Shown here: positions 9,645 to 20,462 of the stretch, one piece after another
Numbering within the stretch: the stretch's first letter is position 1
Layout of the letters: each line of letters opens with the position of its first letter
Assembly: GCA_965203565.1 (NCBI GenBank)
Contig: OZ241896.1
Location: 3,857,015-3,921,014, forward strand
Direction: 5' to 3'
DNA length: 64,000 nt
DNA from: Vicinamibacterales bacterium
GTDB taxonomy: Bacteria; Acidobacteriota; Vicinamibacteria; Vicinamibacterales; UBA8438
Notes under the pieces: model-generated
Told to the model about the DNA's origin: nothing
The model's input: the letters and a program-made list of their open reading frames with translations, nothing else
Databases searched by the model: none
Program-made: the position numbers and the translations under genes

Positions 9645-11057
9645 CTACTGCTGATCCTGCGCCGCCGCGAAGACCGGCGCGCCGCCCCGCGCGGCGACCT
9701 CCCACTCGAACTCTTCCTCGGTCAGGTAGATGAGCCGGGGGAGATTGTAGAACATGTCGTCTATCGACCGGTTCCCCCACCCCTTCCAGTTGCGCGGATC
9801 GACGACGTTCCGGTTCGACGGCGAGTTGTCGTACCACGCCATCAGGTGGATGACGGTGCCGGCCGGCAGCAGCGGCGCCGCGTCGTCCTCGTAGGCGTAC
9901 ACCTTCACCCAGTTGTGGTCGTAGTCGGCGCAGTTCAGCATCTCGCGCGCGTTGTTCGGGTAGAGCGCCTCGATGCACATCCGCGTCCCGCTCGAGTGCA
10001 GGTGGGGCTCGAACGTCACCATGCGGGCCGGCCGGTCGAGCCGGTAGAAGCCGTCACGGTAGACGTCGGGGTCGTTCGACGGGATGTCGAGCGCGAAGTC
10101 GAACGCTCCTGACATCGCCTGCGACCGCTGGCTGTACTTCGGCTCGTACCCCTCCGGGTGCAGGTCGAAGGCGACGTCGATCCGGGCCTGCACCTCCTCG
10201 CCGATAGAGTGCAGGTGCATCGAGTCGAACGTGATGACCGACTCGGCCGGCAGCGAGACGCCGACTTCGTCCGGAAAGACCATGGCGTTCTGGCCCAGCT
10301 CCCACGTGAGCCGGAAGGCGTCGTCGGTCGCCGTCACCGGGCCGTTCGACTCGCGCGCCTGCTCGGACGTCGCGGCGGTGATGACCGCATGGTGCACCAC
10401 CCACAGGTTGAGGTCGGCGCGCCCGGCTCCCTTCGGCCCCGGCGTGTCCTTCCGGACGCCGGCGCCGCCCGCCAGCCGCACTTCCTTCACCTCGACCGCC
10501 TTGACGTACCGGTCGACGGCAAGACCGGTCGGCGCGGGCGGGTCCCACTCTCCGAACCAGTCCGCGGCGTCGGCCGGCACCGTGCCGACCGGCGAGGAGA
10601 CGACGAGGTCCGGCTCGCCGATGCTCCATCCGGCCGCCGACCACTCCAGCGCCGGCGGCAGGTCGCCCGGGTCGCCCTGCGGCGCGCCGGCCTCGACCCA
10701 GGCGGCGAGGGTCGCAATCTCGCCGTCGCTCAGCGACGGGTCGTCCTTGAACCGCTGAATCCCGACGTTCTTGTCGATGAACCAGGGCGGCATCTCGCGG
10801 GAGGCGGTCCGGTTCCGGATCGAGCGCGCCCAGGGGCGGACGTCCGAGTAGCTGATCAGCGCCATCGGCGCGCCGCCGCCGGGACGGTGGCAGCTCTGGC
10901 ACGACCGCTGGAGGATCGGCGCGACGTCCCTGCTGAACGTCACCTCGCCGGCGCGCTCCGCCCCGGCCGCGACTCCCGGCGCCGCCGCGATCACCGCCGC
11001 GGCGGCTGCGATGCGCCACCCGGCCGCCGACCCGCCCTGCATCCATGCGGTCTTCAT
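9645..11057 (-). CDS. Secreted monoheme cytochrome c / copper monooxygenase-like protein, paralog 2
   Basis: CQSCH, VVHH, MHLH, EPHLH, DDMF; ATG 11057 with GGAGG RBS; very similar to 7285-8676. Confidence 0.75.
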   Translation of the reverse strand: MKTAWMQGGSAAGWRIAAAAAVIAAAPGVAAGAERAGEVTFSRDVAPILQRSCQSCHRPGGGAPMALISYSDVRPWARSIRNRTASREMPPWFIDKNVGIQRFKDDPSLSDGEIATLAAWVEAGAPQGDPGDLPPALEWSAAGWSIGEPDLVVSSPVGTVPADAADWFGEWDPPAPTGLAVDRYVKAVEVKEVRLAGGAGVRKDTPGPKGAGRADLNLWVVHHAVITAATSEQARESNGPVTATDDAFRLTWELGQNAMVFPDEVGVSLPAESVITFDSMHLHSIGEEVQARIDVAFDLHPEGYEPKYSQRSQAMSGAFDFALDIPSNDPDVYRDGFYRLDRPARMVTFEPHLHSSGTRMCIEALYPNNAREMLNCADYDHNWVKVYAYEDDAAPLLPAGTVIHLMAWYDNSPSNRNVVDPRNWKGWGNRSIDDMFYNLPRLIYLTEEEFEWEVAARGGAPVFAAAQDQQ

Positions 11058-11636
11058 CGTGGCCCCTCCTGCCCGGCGCGCACCCGCCGGAACGAGCATC
11101 CGTGAGGGTAGCACTAAACCGCCCGCGGCAAAAGCCCCTTTGCCGCGTTCCGTCGCCCTCCCCGCGCCGCGAGCTGGGCGCCGAGCTGCTGCGGGTCGCG
11201 GCAGACGAGAAAGTCCCAGGCGCCGAGCCGGCCCCAGTTGTTGACCGCCCGGACCCAGCGGCGGGCCGCCTGGTGCTTGGCGTCGGCTTCGGGATCCGGG
11301 GCGCCCTTGATCTCCAGCACGACCGTGGTCGCGCGCCCGTTGCGCAGACGGACGAGGAAGTCCGGTTCGTAGGCGCGCGGCTCGCCGTACTGCTCCCAGG
11401 GGATGGTGAACTCCAGGCGGTAGTTGCGCGCGTAGCAGACGACCGGTCCGTCCCGCGCCAGCCGCTCGAGCTGGAACGTGGCGGCCTGCTCCCAGCTGCC
11501 GGTGTGGCAGGCGACGTAGTTCAGGTGGCTCGCCTCGGTCGGCTGCACGGGGCGGGCGGTCTTGAAGTGGACGGCGGCGGTGCCGCCGATCGGCCGGTAC
11601 CGGTTCAGCCTGGGCAGCAGGGGCGGTTCGCCCTGA

Positions 11637-11794
11637 CAGCCCGTGGTGAAAAGCCCCGCTGCATTCGAGCGGCGATGCATCCCGCCTGACGGCGTTGTTC
11701 GTCGGTTGCGTATGCCCAATATGCGCCCTCCTCACGCCTTGTCAGGCGGGCGCCTCACCGCTCTCGGTGCGACGCGGGGTTCCACCACGGGCTG
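11637..11794. mobile_element. 158-bp MITE copy 1 (in res), TSD CTGA
   Basis: TIRs CAGCCCGTGG/CCACGGGCTG, flanked by CTGA on both sides. Confidence 0.92.
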
Positions 11795-12975
11795 CTGAGC
11801 CTCGTCCGGCGTGATGGCGTCGAGCAGGCGGCCGACGATCTGCTCGGCGTAGGTCCGCAAGCCGATCTCGCACCGGTCGAGGCCGCGGAAGTCGACGCGC
11901 TCGCGGACGTACGCCTCGACCACGGCGAGCACCTGCGGAAACAGCGCGGCTCGCGCTGCGCCGCCTGCCGGTCCCGCCCCGGACCTGTCGTCGGCGGTCA
12001 GGCGGCTTGTGATCTCGCAGGCTATTTCGAACGCGATCGCCTGCGGGTGCGTCGAATCGTAATACTCCTGCCGGTCCACCATCTCGAACCGGAACCCGCT
12101 GTGCGCGCCCGGGCGGCCCACCTGATGGCCGACCTGCGGGCGGACGAAGGCGGCGGTGGGGACGCGCCACGGGTCGAGTCGGAGCGGCTCCACCGCCTGG
12201 ACGTCGCAGGCGATCCGGTGGCGCGTCAGCCGCGCGACGTACCCCTCCACCACCGGGAAGCGGATCTCGAACGCGCGCCGCTCGGGCAGCGCCAGCACCT
12301 CGTGCTTCGGGAGATCGGGCGGCGGCGGCTCGCCGCCCGGCTCACGCCCCTTGAACGGCACGAGCGAGAACGGCACGCCGAAGACGTCGACGTACTCCGG
12401 CGTCAGGCGGCCGGTCTCGGGATCCGGCGCGTAGTCCATGCGGCGGAGGCCGCGCCCGACCACCTGCTCGCAGAGCAACTGGCTGTGGAACGCGCGCAGC
12501 CCCAGGATGTGGGTGACGTTGCTGGCGTCCCATCCCTCACTCAGCATGTTCACGCTGACGACGCAGCGGATCCGCCCGCCCGGCTCGCCGGGACGGCCGA
12601 CGGTGGCGACCGTCCGGCGGAGCTCCTCCGCCGCCTCGGTCCGCGTCGCCGCCGGGTCGCCGCTCTCGGCCGCCTCCAGCAGCTTCGAGTCGATGCGCAG
12701 CGTGACCGTCTCGCCTTCCCGGTTCCACAGCTCCGGGAAGCCGGTCAGGCCGCTGCCGTAGCGCCGGACCGGCTTCGGCCGCTTCGCCGTCTTCCGCGGC
12801 GCGGACGCGCCGTCGTCCGGAGCGTCGTCCGGCGCGCCGTCCGCGTCCGGCGCGACCCGTTCTTCGCCGGAGATCATCCGGTGCAGGTGGGTGGCGACGC
12901 CGGTGTTGTCGCAGACGACGATCAGCACCGGCGGCGTCCGGTCCTGGCCGGGGGCGGCGCGGCGCGCCTGCTCGA

Positions 12976-13133
12976 CAGCCCGTGGTGGAATCCCGCGTCG
13001 CACCGAGAGCGGCGAGGCGCCCGCCTGACAAGGCGTGAGGAGGGCGCATATTGGGCATACGCAACCGACGAACAACACAGTCAGGCGGGATGCATCGCTG
13101 CTCGAATGCAGCGGGGACTTTCACCACGGGCTG
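12976..13133. mobile_element. 158-bp MITE copy 2 (in res), TSD TCGA
   Basis: Same TIRs and body, opposite orientation to copy 1; TCGA duplicated. Confidence 0.92.
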
Positions 13134-13770
13134 TCGAGCTTCCGCTTCCACTCGCCGGCGAGGGTGATGAGCGCGTCCTCCGCCCGGCGATAGATCGCCT
13201 CCGGCTTCGGCCGTCCGCCGGCCAGCCGCTCGCCGGGGTGCAGGTCGCGGGTGACGTGACGCCAGAGCCGGAAGTACTTCGGGTCGGGGCGGCCGGTGTT
13301 GTCGAGGGCGGGGAGCCGCGGGATTTTCGTGACGCCGCTCTCGATCGCGTCGACGAGGCCGAAGTCGCTGACGATCCAGGGGAACGGCGATCCCTCGGGA
13401 TGGCCGCTGCCCTGAATGTAGAACGGGGTGGCGGACAGATCGACCGAGAGCGCGATGCCGCAGGCGGCGTGGAGCATGTCGAGGCCGTCGACCCAGACCG
13501 TCGCCTCCCGCCGCTCCGCCTGCGCGGCGGCCGAGAGCCGCTCCTCGCCGCCGTCCGCCGCCGCCGGCCGGTACGCGTGGTGTCCCTCGTCGTTGAGGAC
13601 CAGCAGCGGCTCGTCGTCCCACAGATCGCCGAGCCGGGCGCGCGCGAACGCCTCCGGGGTCTCCGGGCCGAGCCGGCTCACCGGCGCCGCGCCGACCGTC
13701 ACCACCTCCGGCTCCGGGCCGAGCCGATGCCAGTTGACCACCAGCACCTTCCCCTTGAGCGTAGGATCGG

Positions 13771-14240
13771 TAGCCGGCGAACTGCCCGATTACCGGTAGC
13801 TTGACGTCGAAGGGCAGATCTCGCGGCCTGCCCGGTCGCCTGGAGAAATAGCGTAAGTGGGATCCGAAATCAGCGGCTTCCGTATCGTAACCTGCTGCAT
13901 TCCATCCACATTCGAAGCGCTCACGAGCGACGCAGCCGCGGCGCGGAGTCAAGGTTGTAGAGAATCGCCACCAGGGACGATGCTTTTCACCGGACAGCTT
14001 GCCGGATGCGCTGACCTTCACCTCGTCACTGCGCTGCGCCGGTCGAGCATCCTGGTCTTCGGTTTCGTCGCGGCGGCCGGCGAAGCGCGCCCCGGCGCCG
14101 ACGCCCTGAAGCACGCGAAGCGCATCGAGGAAGTTCGATTTTCCACTGGCGTTCGCACCGATCAGCAGGTTCAATCGGCCAAGCTTCAAGTCGACGCGGC
14201 GCAGACTCTTGAAGTTGTCGATGGCGATGCTGTCGATCAT
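13771..14240 (-). pseudogene. Truncated AAA/ABC-type ATPase fused by deletion to the res remnant
   Basis: MIDSIAIDNFKS...LIGANASGKSNFLDAL (Walker A); no signature or Walker B before the sequence becomes res; junction approximate. Confidence 0.7.
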
Positions 14241-14255
14241 GGTCCGGCTCCGCCG

Positions 14256-17200
14256 TCACCCCCACGCGGCGTCTTCCGTCAGCACCCGCAGCCCCTCGGC
14301 GCCGCGCGGGTCGATCACCTTGACCGCCACCTTCCACGTTTCGCCGGCCGCCCGGCCGGGCGGCCGGCGGAAGGGGAGGCTGCGGAAGCCGCTCAGAGCG
14401 TCGAAGGCGGCGGGTTCGACGGCGCCGCGCGCGCCGAGGGCGCGGGCCAGCTTGTCCCACTGCTTCCGGTCGGGGAAGAACGCCTGACAGATGCAGAACG
14501 TCCGGCCGTCGTAGTCGGTGTCGACGAACCAGGCCGCGATGCGCGTCCGGTCGGTCGGGTGGAGGTCGCCCCTCACCGGGTCGTAGACGTCCATCCCTTC
14601 CACCTCCACCTCGTAGCCGCCGTCCTCCCGCCGCGTCGGGCCGGTGACGCGGGGCGCGCTGAAGACGCGGAACAACTGGCTGCCCGGCTGGGTCCGGAGC
14701 AGGTCGCCCATCGCCACGTCGGGGGCGATCTGCGCCATGTGCAGCCGGAGCTTCGGGTGCGCGGCGTTCTGGATCGCGTCCTGCGCCGCCGCGTCGAAGC
14801 CGAAGCCGGCGAACACCACGTCGTCGTACCCCTTGCGGTGGGCGTCGCGGACGGCGTCCTCCACCTGCATGGCCGCCACGTTCCCCACCTCGGGGCCGAT
14901 GCTGACCGCCACCCGCCGGCCGGCGCCGTCTCCGTTCCGCCACTCCCCCTCGGCGTGGATCAGCGCCGGCCCGGTCACCGGGTCGAGGCGGTCGAACCGC
15001 ACGTTCCGGTTGTCGGGGAAGTCGACGCCGCTCGCCCGCAGCAGCCGGACGACGACGTCGAGGTGAGCCTCGGCGCCGGCGATCTCGGCGTCCGCGCCGT
15101 CGCCGAACGTCTCCAGGCCGTCCGGGGCGCCGTCTATCGGAGTGTCCGGCCCCTCCTCGCGCGCGATGACCGACTCGACGGTGAACGGTCCGGCGACCCG
15201 CACCGCGCCGGCGTCCACTTCGGGCCGATCGACCAGCTCCTCGGTCTCGGCGTTCGCCGCGATGCACGCGTTCACCTCGTCCATCTTCGCCCGCCACGCG
15301 GCGCGGTAGGCGGCCAGGGCGTCCCGCAGCGGCCTCGGCCAGTCGGGGTCGGCGTCGAACGGCGCCTGCCACTCCCGCCAGGCGCCGCGCGGGATCCGCT
15401 CGCGGTACCGCGCCGCCTGCCGCGGCGTGATCGCCCGGAGCGGCCGGCGGGTGGGGGCCGGCGCGACCCACGCGGGGTCCGCGTCCGGCAGCAGCCAGCG
15501 GCGCAGGTCGGCGTCGGTGACCGCGCCGGCGCCCTCGCGTCGGTGCTTCTCGACGAGCTTGCCGGCCAGCTTTTCCCGGAAGCCGGCGCTGACCCGGGCC
15601 GCCTCGCCGTTCAGGACGGCCAGTTTCCCGGCGAGGATCGGTTCGTGCCGGGCGCAGATCGGGTCGAGCGACGTGTTGCGCGCGATGCTCCGGAGGGTGA
15701 CGTGCGGCACGGTCCGGCAGTCGAAGGTCCGCCGGTCGGCCGGCCGTCCGCGTCCGTCTCCGCTATCCAGGCCCCGTCCGGGTTGCGGGCCACGTCCTCG
15801 GCGCTCAGCGCGCGGAGCCGGTAATAGTCGAACTTCGCGGTCAGCAGCCGGTGTTTCGCCAGCGCCAGGGCCACCCGGCTCGTGTCGACGGCGATCCAGC
15901 GCCGCCCCCACTGCTCGGCGACGTACGCGGTAGTGCCGCTGCCGCAGGTCGGGTCGAGGACCAGGTCGCCGGGGTCGGTGGTCATCAGGAGGCAGCGTTC
16001 GACGACCCGAGTATCTGTCTGAACAACGTATATTTTAGGGTCTACGTTCGAGAAACCAGCACTTCCAGTATCGGACCAAGTATTACCGAACGGTGTGTAT
16101 TTCGAGTCATTGAAGTAGCGCACGTAATTTATCTGCGTGGCCAAGTTAATAAGCCTAGCTGCACTGGCGAGACGGTTCAAGCCGTCTGGAGTAGTTTTCC
16201 AATGACGATGGGCGCCACAGTCAAAAGATCCGTCACGAAACTCAAAATAGCGTTCTTCTGGCTTTCCGGGTTCTTGCGATACAGCAAAACTCAATTGAGC
16301 AAAGCCCCATCCGTCCGGTGTACTTGACAGATCATTTCGCTCCTCCTTCGACACCGATCTTGCCGACGATGCATCTTCGCTTACAAGATATTTGTAACTC
16401 TTGAGATCGGAAAGGTCTTTTTCCGAAAGTAACTGGCGAAATTTGACGCGTTGTTTGTCTTTTGCGTACCACAAGATATAATCATTCTCTTCTACAAGGA
16501 GTTTTGTCGAACGACTCGCTGTTTTCCTGAATGAGATAACGATGCAGCAGTTTTCAACCCCGAACACCTCGTCCATTACGCAGCGGACGCGGTGCAGGTT
16601 CTCGTCGCTGATCTGGACGAAGATGCTGCCGGCGTCGGCGAGCAGCTCGCGCGCCATCGTCAGCCGGTCGCGGAGGTAGGCGAGGTACGAGTGGACGCCG
16701 AGGGTCCAGGTGTCGCGGTACGCCTTGACCATCTCCGGCTCGCGGGTCAGGTCCTGTTGCCGGTCCTTGACGTCGCGCTGGCCGAGCTGCGGCTGGAAGT
16801 TCGACCCGAACCGGATGCCGTAGGGCGGGTCGACGTAGATCGTCTGCACCTTGCCGGCGAGGTCCTCGCGGCGGGCGAGGCTGGCCATCACCTGGAGCGA
16901 GTCGCCCAGGATCAGCCGGTTCGCCCAGTCGACGTCGTGCCGGTAGAACTGCACCGCCCGCGCGTAGTCGTGCTGCGGGTCGGCGAACAGGTCGCGCTGC
17001 ACGTCCCGCCGCGCCAGCGCCCGCAGGACCGCCTCGGTGGAGACCCGCTCGTGCAGGTGGAGCGGCGCCGGCTCCACCTCGAACCACGGCCTCTCCCGCT
17101 TGCCGCCCCACTCCAGCCACGGCTCGTGCCGGCGGAGCGCGCCGGCCAGCAGGTCCGCCTCGTCCTCGGTCAGCGCCCGCCGCCGGGCGGCCGCCAGGAG

Positions 17201-17416
17201 CTCGGACAGCCGGTCGGCCGCCGCCGGGTCGGGCGACGACCGCAGGACCGGCGGCAGGTGCGGGTTGTAGTCGTACCGCACGGCCGGCTTCTCCCGCACC
17301 ACGCCGTGCGCTTCGAGACCGGCGGGCGGGATGTTCTTCCGCTTCGCGGGGTACTTGAGGGAGGTGACGGCGGCGGTCGCCGCGGCCGTCCGTCCGGGCT
17401 GTTTCCTGCGGGGCAT
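14256..17416 (-). pseudogene. mod: Type III R-M DNA methyltransferase Mod, 1-bp frameshift near 15731
   Basis: NRLILGDSL, YVDPPYG, VLDPTCGSGTT; continues in another frame as TFDCRTVPHVTLRSIA...VAVKVIDPRG; could be a sequencing error. Confidence 0.85.
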
Positions 17417-17436
17417 CGGTTCAGTGCGCCTTCGAG

Positions 17437-19161
17437 TCAGCCGCGGGGGCGGTCGGGCCGCGCGGCGGGTCCAATCTCCGCGATCAGGGCGTCCGGTTCT
17501 TCCTCGTCGGAAGTATCGCTGTCGGCGATCGTCGCCGCCGTCCGTTCCGTCGGCGGCGTCACCTGCCGTTCCTCCATGAACCGCCTCTCGCCTGCGATCA
17601 GGGTTTCCAGCCGCGCTTCGAGCAGGTCCGCCCGATCGCCGTTTCGCAACCGGTCAACGGAGTCGGCAGGGAAGCCGTGCGTAGGCAGCACCGCCGCCAG
17701 CACGTCGTCATCCAGCCCCTCCAACGCGCCGATCGCCTGCCCCAGGTGATCGCGGTCCACGAACATCCGGTTCGCGGGACTGGACACCAGATCCTTCGGA
17801 TCCGGATTGGACCACACGTAACCGACCGCGTCGGTCCCCAGCCGGGACAGCAGTTCACCCGGATTCAGGTCGCCATCGCGGTGCAGCGAGCGAGGGCGCA
17901 GCGATGCGAGGTACAGCAGAAAGGCGCGCACGCGGGCGCTGCGCGCGTCGAAACGGTCGGGGAACGGCTGCGCAGGGGCGCCGAGGTCGACCACCATGAA
18001 CTCCGCGGCCTGGTTCCGGGCGAGGCCGCGGATTTCCTCCAGGGCGCGCTTGGCCTGCGTCGTGTTGACGCCGCCGAACCAGCCGGTGAACGACGTCACC
18101 CAGAACCAGCGCGTCAGCAACTCGACGGCCGCGGCGTCCGGCTGCGGGCAGAGCCGGTGGAATTCGCCGAGCAGCACGAGTTGCAGTCCATACGGGAGCA
18201 GCCGGTCGGAAACCACGCCGAGACGTCCGAGCAGGTCCAGCGCGAGCCTGATGCCCTGCGTGGCGTCGTCGAACGCTTCCGGGAGCTTCTTCTGGACTTC
18301 CGGCTTCACCATGAGGTCCGCCCAGTCCTTGGCGTAGATGTCGCGGTCGAGAGCCGCGAGCACCGACCTGAGGAGAAAGGCGCGGTCGATATTTCCGAAC
18401 CCTTTCTTCCTGAGCTCGGACTTGAACGCGTTCAGCATCCCGGCGAGATGGAACTTCCCCTCCTGGTAAGTGAGCGCCGAGACCATTTCGTCCGCCGCCA
18501 TCTTGCGGCCGGTGCGGTTCAGGCGGGCGAAGACCGTGACCGCGCTCTCGAGGTCCGCCTCGCGGATGTGAATGAGCGGAAGCTGGTAGTCCCGAAAGGC
18601 GTTTGCAAGACGGTCCGCTTCACCCAGCCGGCGCTGGGCGGCCCCGGCGTCGGCGTCCGACTGGATGCGGCGGCAGGCGCCGAAGAATTCGGCCGTGTCG
18701 AGCAGGCTGCGCACCGGAAAATATCGCGGTCCCGGCTGCTCTTCCTGCTGTCGCAAGTGGACGAACTTCTGGTCGTCGAGGTCGTAATGCACGCGCCAGT
18801 CGATCTGATCCACGACAGGGGCCGCGTCGCCGGTCAGCCGCAGCGTGCCCACGAGGGTGGAAACGCGCTGCTGACCGTCGAGCAGGTATCCGACCAGCCC
18901 GCCGGGCCGGGGGCTGATTGTGACCGGGCCGATCTTCGGGCTCGACTCTATCGCCGTCTCCGTATCCCAGACGAGGATCGACCCGATCGGAAAACCGCGC
19001 AGGACGCTGTCGAGCAGTGCGCTCAGGTCGGGCTGTTTCCACACGAAGGCGCGCTGGAACCTCGGGACGCGGATCTTGCCGGCGGCGACGCGCTCCACGA
19101 GCTTGCCCAGAAAGACGACTTCCGGGACGACTTCAGTGCGCTTCTGGCCGCCATCGGGCAT
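17437..19161 (-). CDS. DUF262 (GmrSD N-terminal/ParB-like) domain protein, intact
   Basis: PRFQRAFVW, FPIGSILVW, LLDGQQR, FARLN motifs; ATG 19161 just after the upstream gene's restored stop. Confidence 0.87.
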   Translation of the reverse strand: MPDGGQKRTEVVPEVVFLGKLVERVAAGKIRVPRFQRAFVWKQPDLSALLDSVLRGFPIGSILVWDTETAIESSPKIGPVTISPRPGGLVGYLLDGQQRVSTLVGTLRLTGDAAPVVDQIDWRVHYDLDDQKFVHLRQQEEQPGPRYFPVRSLLDTAEFFGACRRIQSDADAGAAQRRLGEADRLANAFRDYQLPLIHIREADLESAVTVFARLNRTGRKMAADEMVSALTYQEGKFHLAGMLNAFKSELRKKGFGNIDRAFLLRSVLAALDRDIYAKDWADLMVKPEVQKKLPEAFDDATQGIRLALDLLGRLGVVSDRLLPYGLQLVLLGEFHRLCPQPDAAAVELLTRWFWVTSFTGWFGGVNTTQAKRALEEIRGLARNQAAEFMVVDLGAPAQPFPDRFDARSARVRAFLLYLASLRPRSLHRDGDLNPGELLSRLGTDAVGYVWSNPDPKDLVSSPANRMFVDRDHLGQAIGALEGLDDDVLAAVLPTHGFPADSVDRLRNGDRADLLEARLETLIAGERRFMEERQVTPPTERTAATIADSDTSDEEEPDALIAEIGPAARPDRPRG

Positions 19162-19204
19162 GGTTGCTACAGTTCCTTCCGGATCAGCTCGACGCCGCGC
19201 TCGA

Positions 19205-19362
19205 CAGCCCGTGGTGGAACCCCGCGTCGCACCGAGAGCGGCGAGGCGCCCGGCTGACAAGGCGTGAGGAGGGCGCATATTGGGCATACGCAACCGACGA
19301 ACAACGCCGTCAGGCGGGATGCATCGCCGCTCGAATGCAGCGGGGACTTTCACCACGGGCTG
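19205..19362. mobile_element. 158-bp MITE copy 3, TSD TCGA
   Basis: TIRs and duplicated TCGA. Confidence 0.92.
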
Positions 19363-19952
19363 TCGAGGTCGCCGCGTCCGCGGGTCCGCAGATCGTTCCT
19401 GACGTCGTGCACGCGCCACTGTTTCCAGCATTCGTGCACGTTCGGGCCGAATCCTTCGGCGAGTATTGACCGGTCTTCGTCCGGCAGTCCACCGAACAGG
19501 TCGTTCTCGACCGGAGAGGGGGCGTCCGGCAACCCACGCTTCACGTCGAAGAAGTCCTTCTGGTCTTCGTCGAGTCTGTCCCATGCCGCGACCAGCCGGT
19601 CGCGCCTGCCGTCGGCGTTCGGCATCGCGCTGAGGAGAATGCGCGGCAGGTAATTATCCGCTTCCCGTTTGGCGAGAACCCAGCAGGACAGCCCTCTTTC
19701 TTCGCATGCGCGATGCAGCTCCCGGGCCGCGTCGCTCTCCGTATCGCCCGGCCCTTTCCGGTCGCTGTCGACGACGACGACCAGCCGCGGTCGATATTGC
19801 GTCCGCTCGACCCGGGTCTCGACCTCTCGCCGCATCTGGCCAACGCCGCCCACGCTGTCGAACCGGATCGGTCCACCGTCCCGCCCCCAGAGCGCGCGAA
19901 CGGACCTGTCGAGCTCCTTCACGACGCGCTCCACGAACGCGCCGTCGCTGTA

Positions 19953-20111
19953 CAGCCCGTGGCGAAAGTCCCCGCTGCATTCGAGCGGCGATGCATCCCG
20001 CCTGACGGCGTTGTTCGTCGGTTGCGTATGCCCAATATGCGCCCTCCTCACGCCTTGTCAGGCGGGCGCCTCACCGCTCTCGGCGCCCCGCGGGGATTCC
20101 ACCACGGGCTG
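19953..20111. mobile_element. 159-bp MITE copy 4, TSD TGTA
   Basis: TIRs and duplicated TGTA. Confidence 0.92.
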
Positions 20112-20462
20112 TGTAGCCGGTTCTCGACCAGGATCACGAGCGGTTCGTCGGCCAGACGACAAGCCTGTTCGGGCGTCAGTTCGTCCGCTCCGGACGGACG
20201 CGGAGTCACGCGGACGCGGCGTCCGTGCGGAGTCAGGGGCCACGCGCCGCGCTGGACAGATGCGACGAGCAGCTCGCGCACCCGGTCGCCCTGCGCGGCG
20301 CGTTCCCTGATCCAGGACGTGGCTTGGAAGGCGTCGGGATCGGACTCGGACAGATCCCACACGTGCCAACCGTCTTCGATCCTGTGCAGAATGCGGTTCA
20401 GCCACCGGTGGCCGTCCGGATCGTTCGCCGCGCCGAGGTCGATCACGATGCGCACGCGCTTG

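Larger units (their letters stand above)
11114..13770 (-). pseudogene. res: Type III restriction enzyme Res subunit, N-terminus deleted and interrupted by two MITEs
   Basis: NDEGHH (DEAH-like), SATPF, MLSEGWD, EQVVGRGLRR, YEPDF...LEIKG; three ORF pieces in one frame; removing each insert plus one TSD restores KRKL-EQA and DEAQ-GEPP; no Walker A or start; 5' boundary approximate. Confidence 0.88.
19167..20455 (-). pseudogene. TOPRIM-like putative nuclease interrupted by MITE copies 3 and 4
   Basis: VILVENR..SDGAF, VVVDSD, KREADNYLP; excising copy 3 restores GDLERGVELIRKEL*; one extra base remains at the copy 4 site. Confidence 0.65.

Noticed and set aside
9645..11735. 696-aa version of paralog 2
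   Set aside because: The extension runs through res and the MITE; the signal peptide and RBS indicate a start at 11057.
12537..14240. 567-aa ORF as one protein
   Set aside because: Only the first ~155 aa are ATPase-like; the rest is an alternative frame of res plus the MITE.
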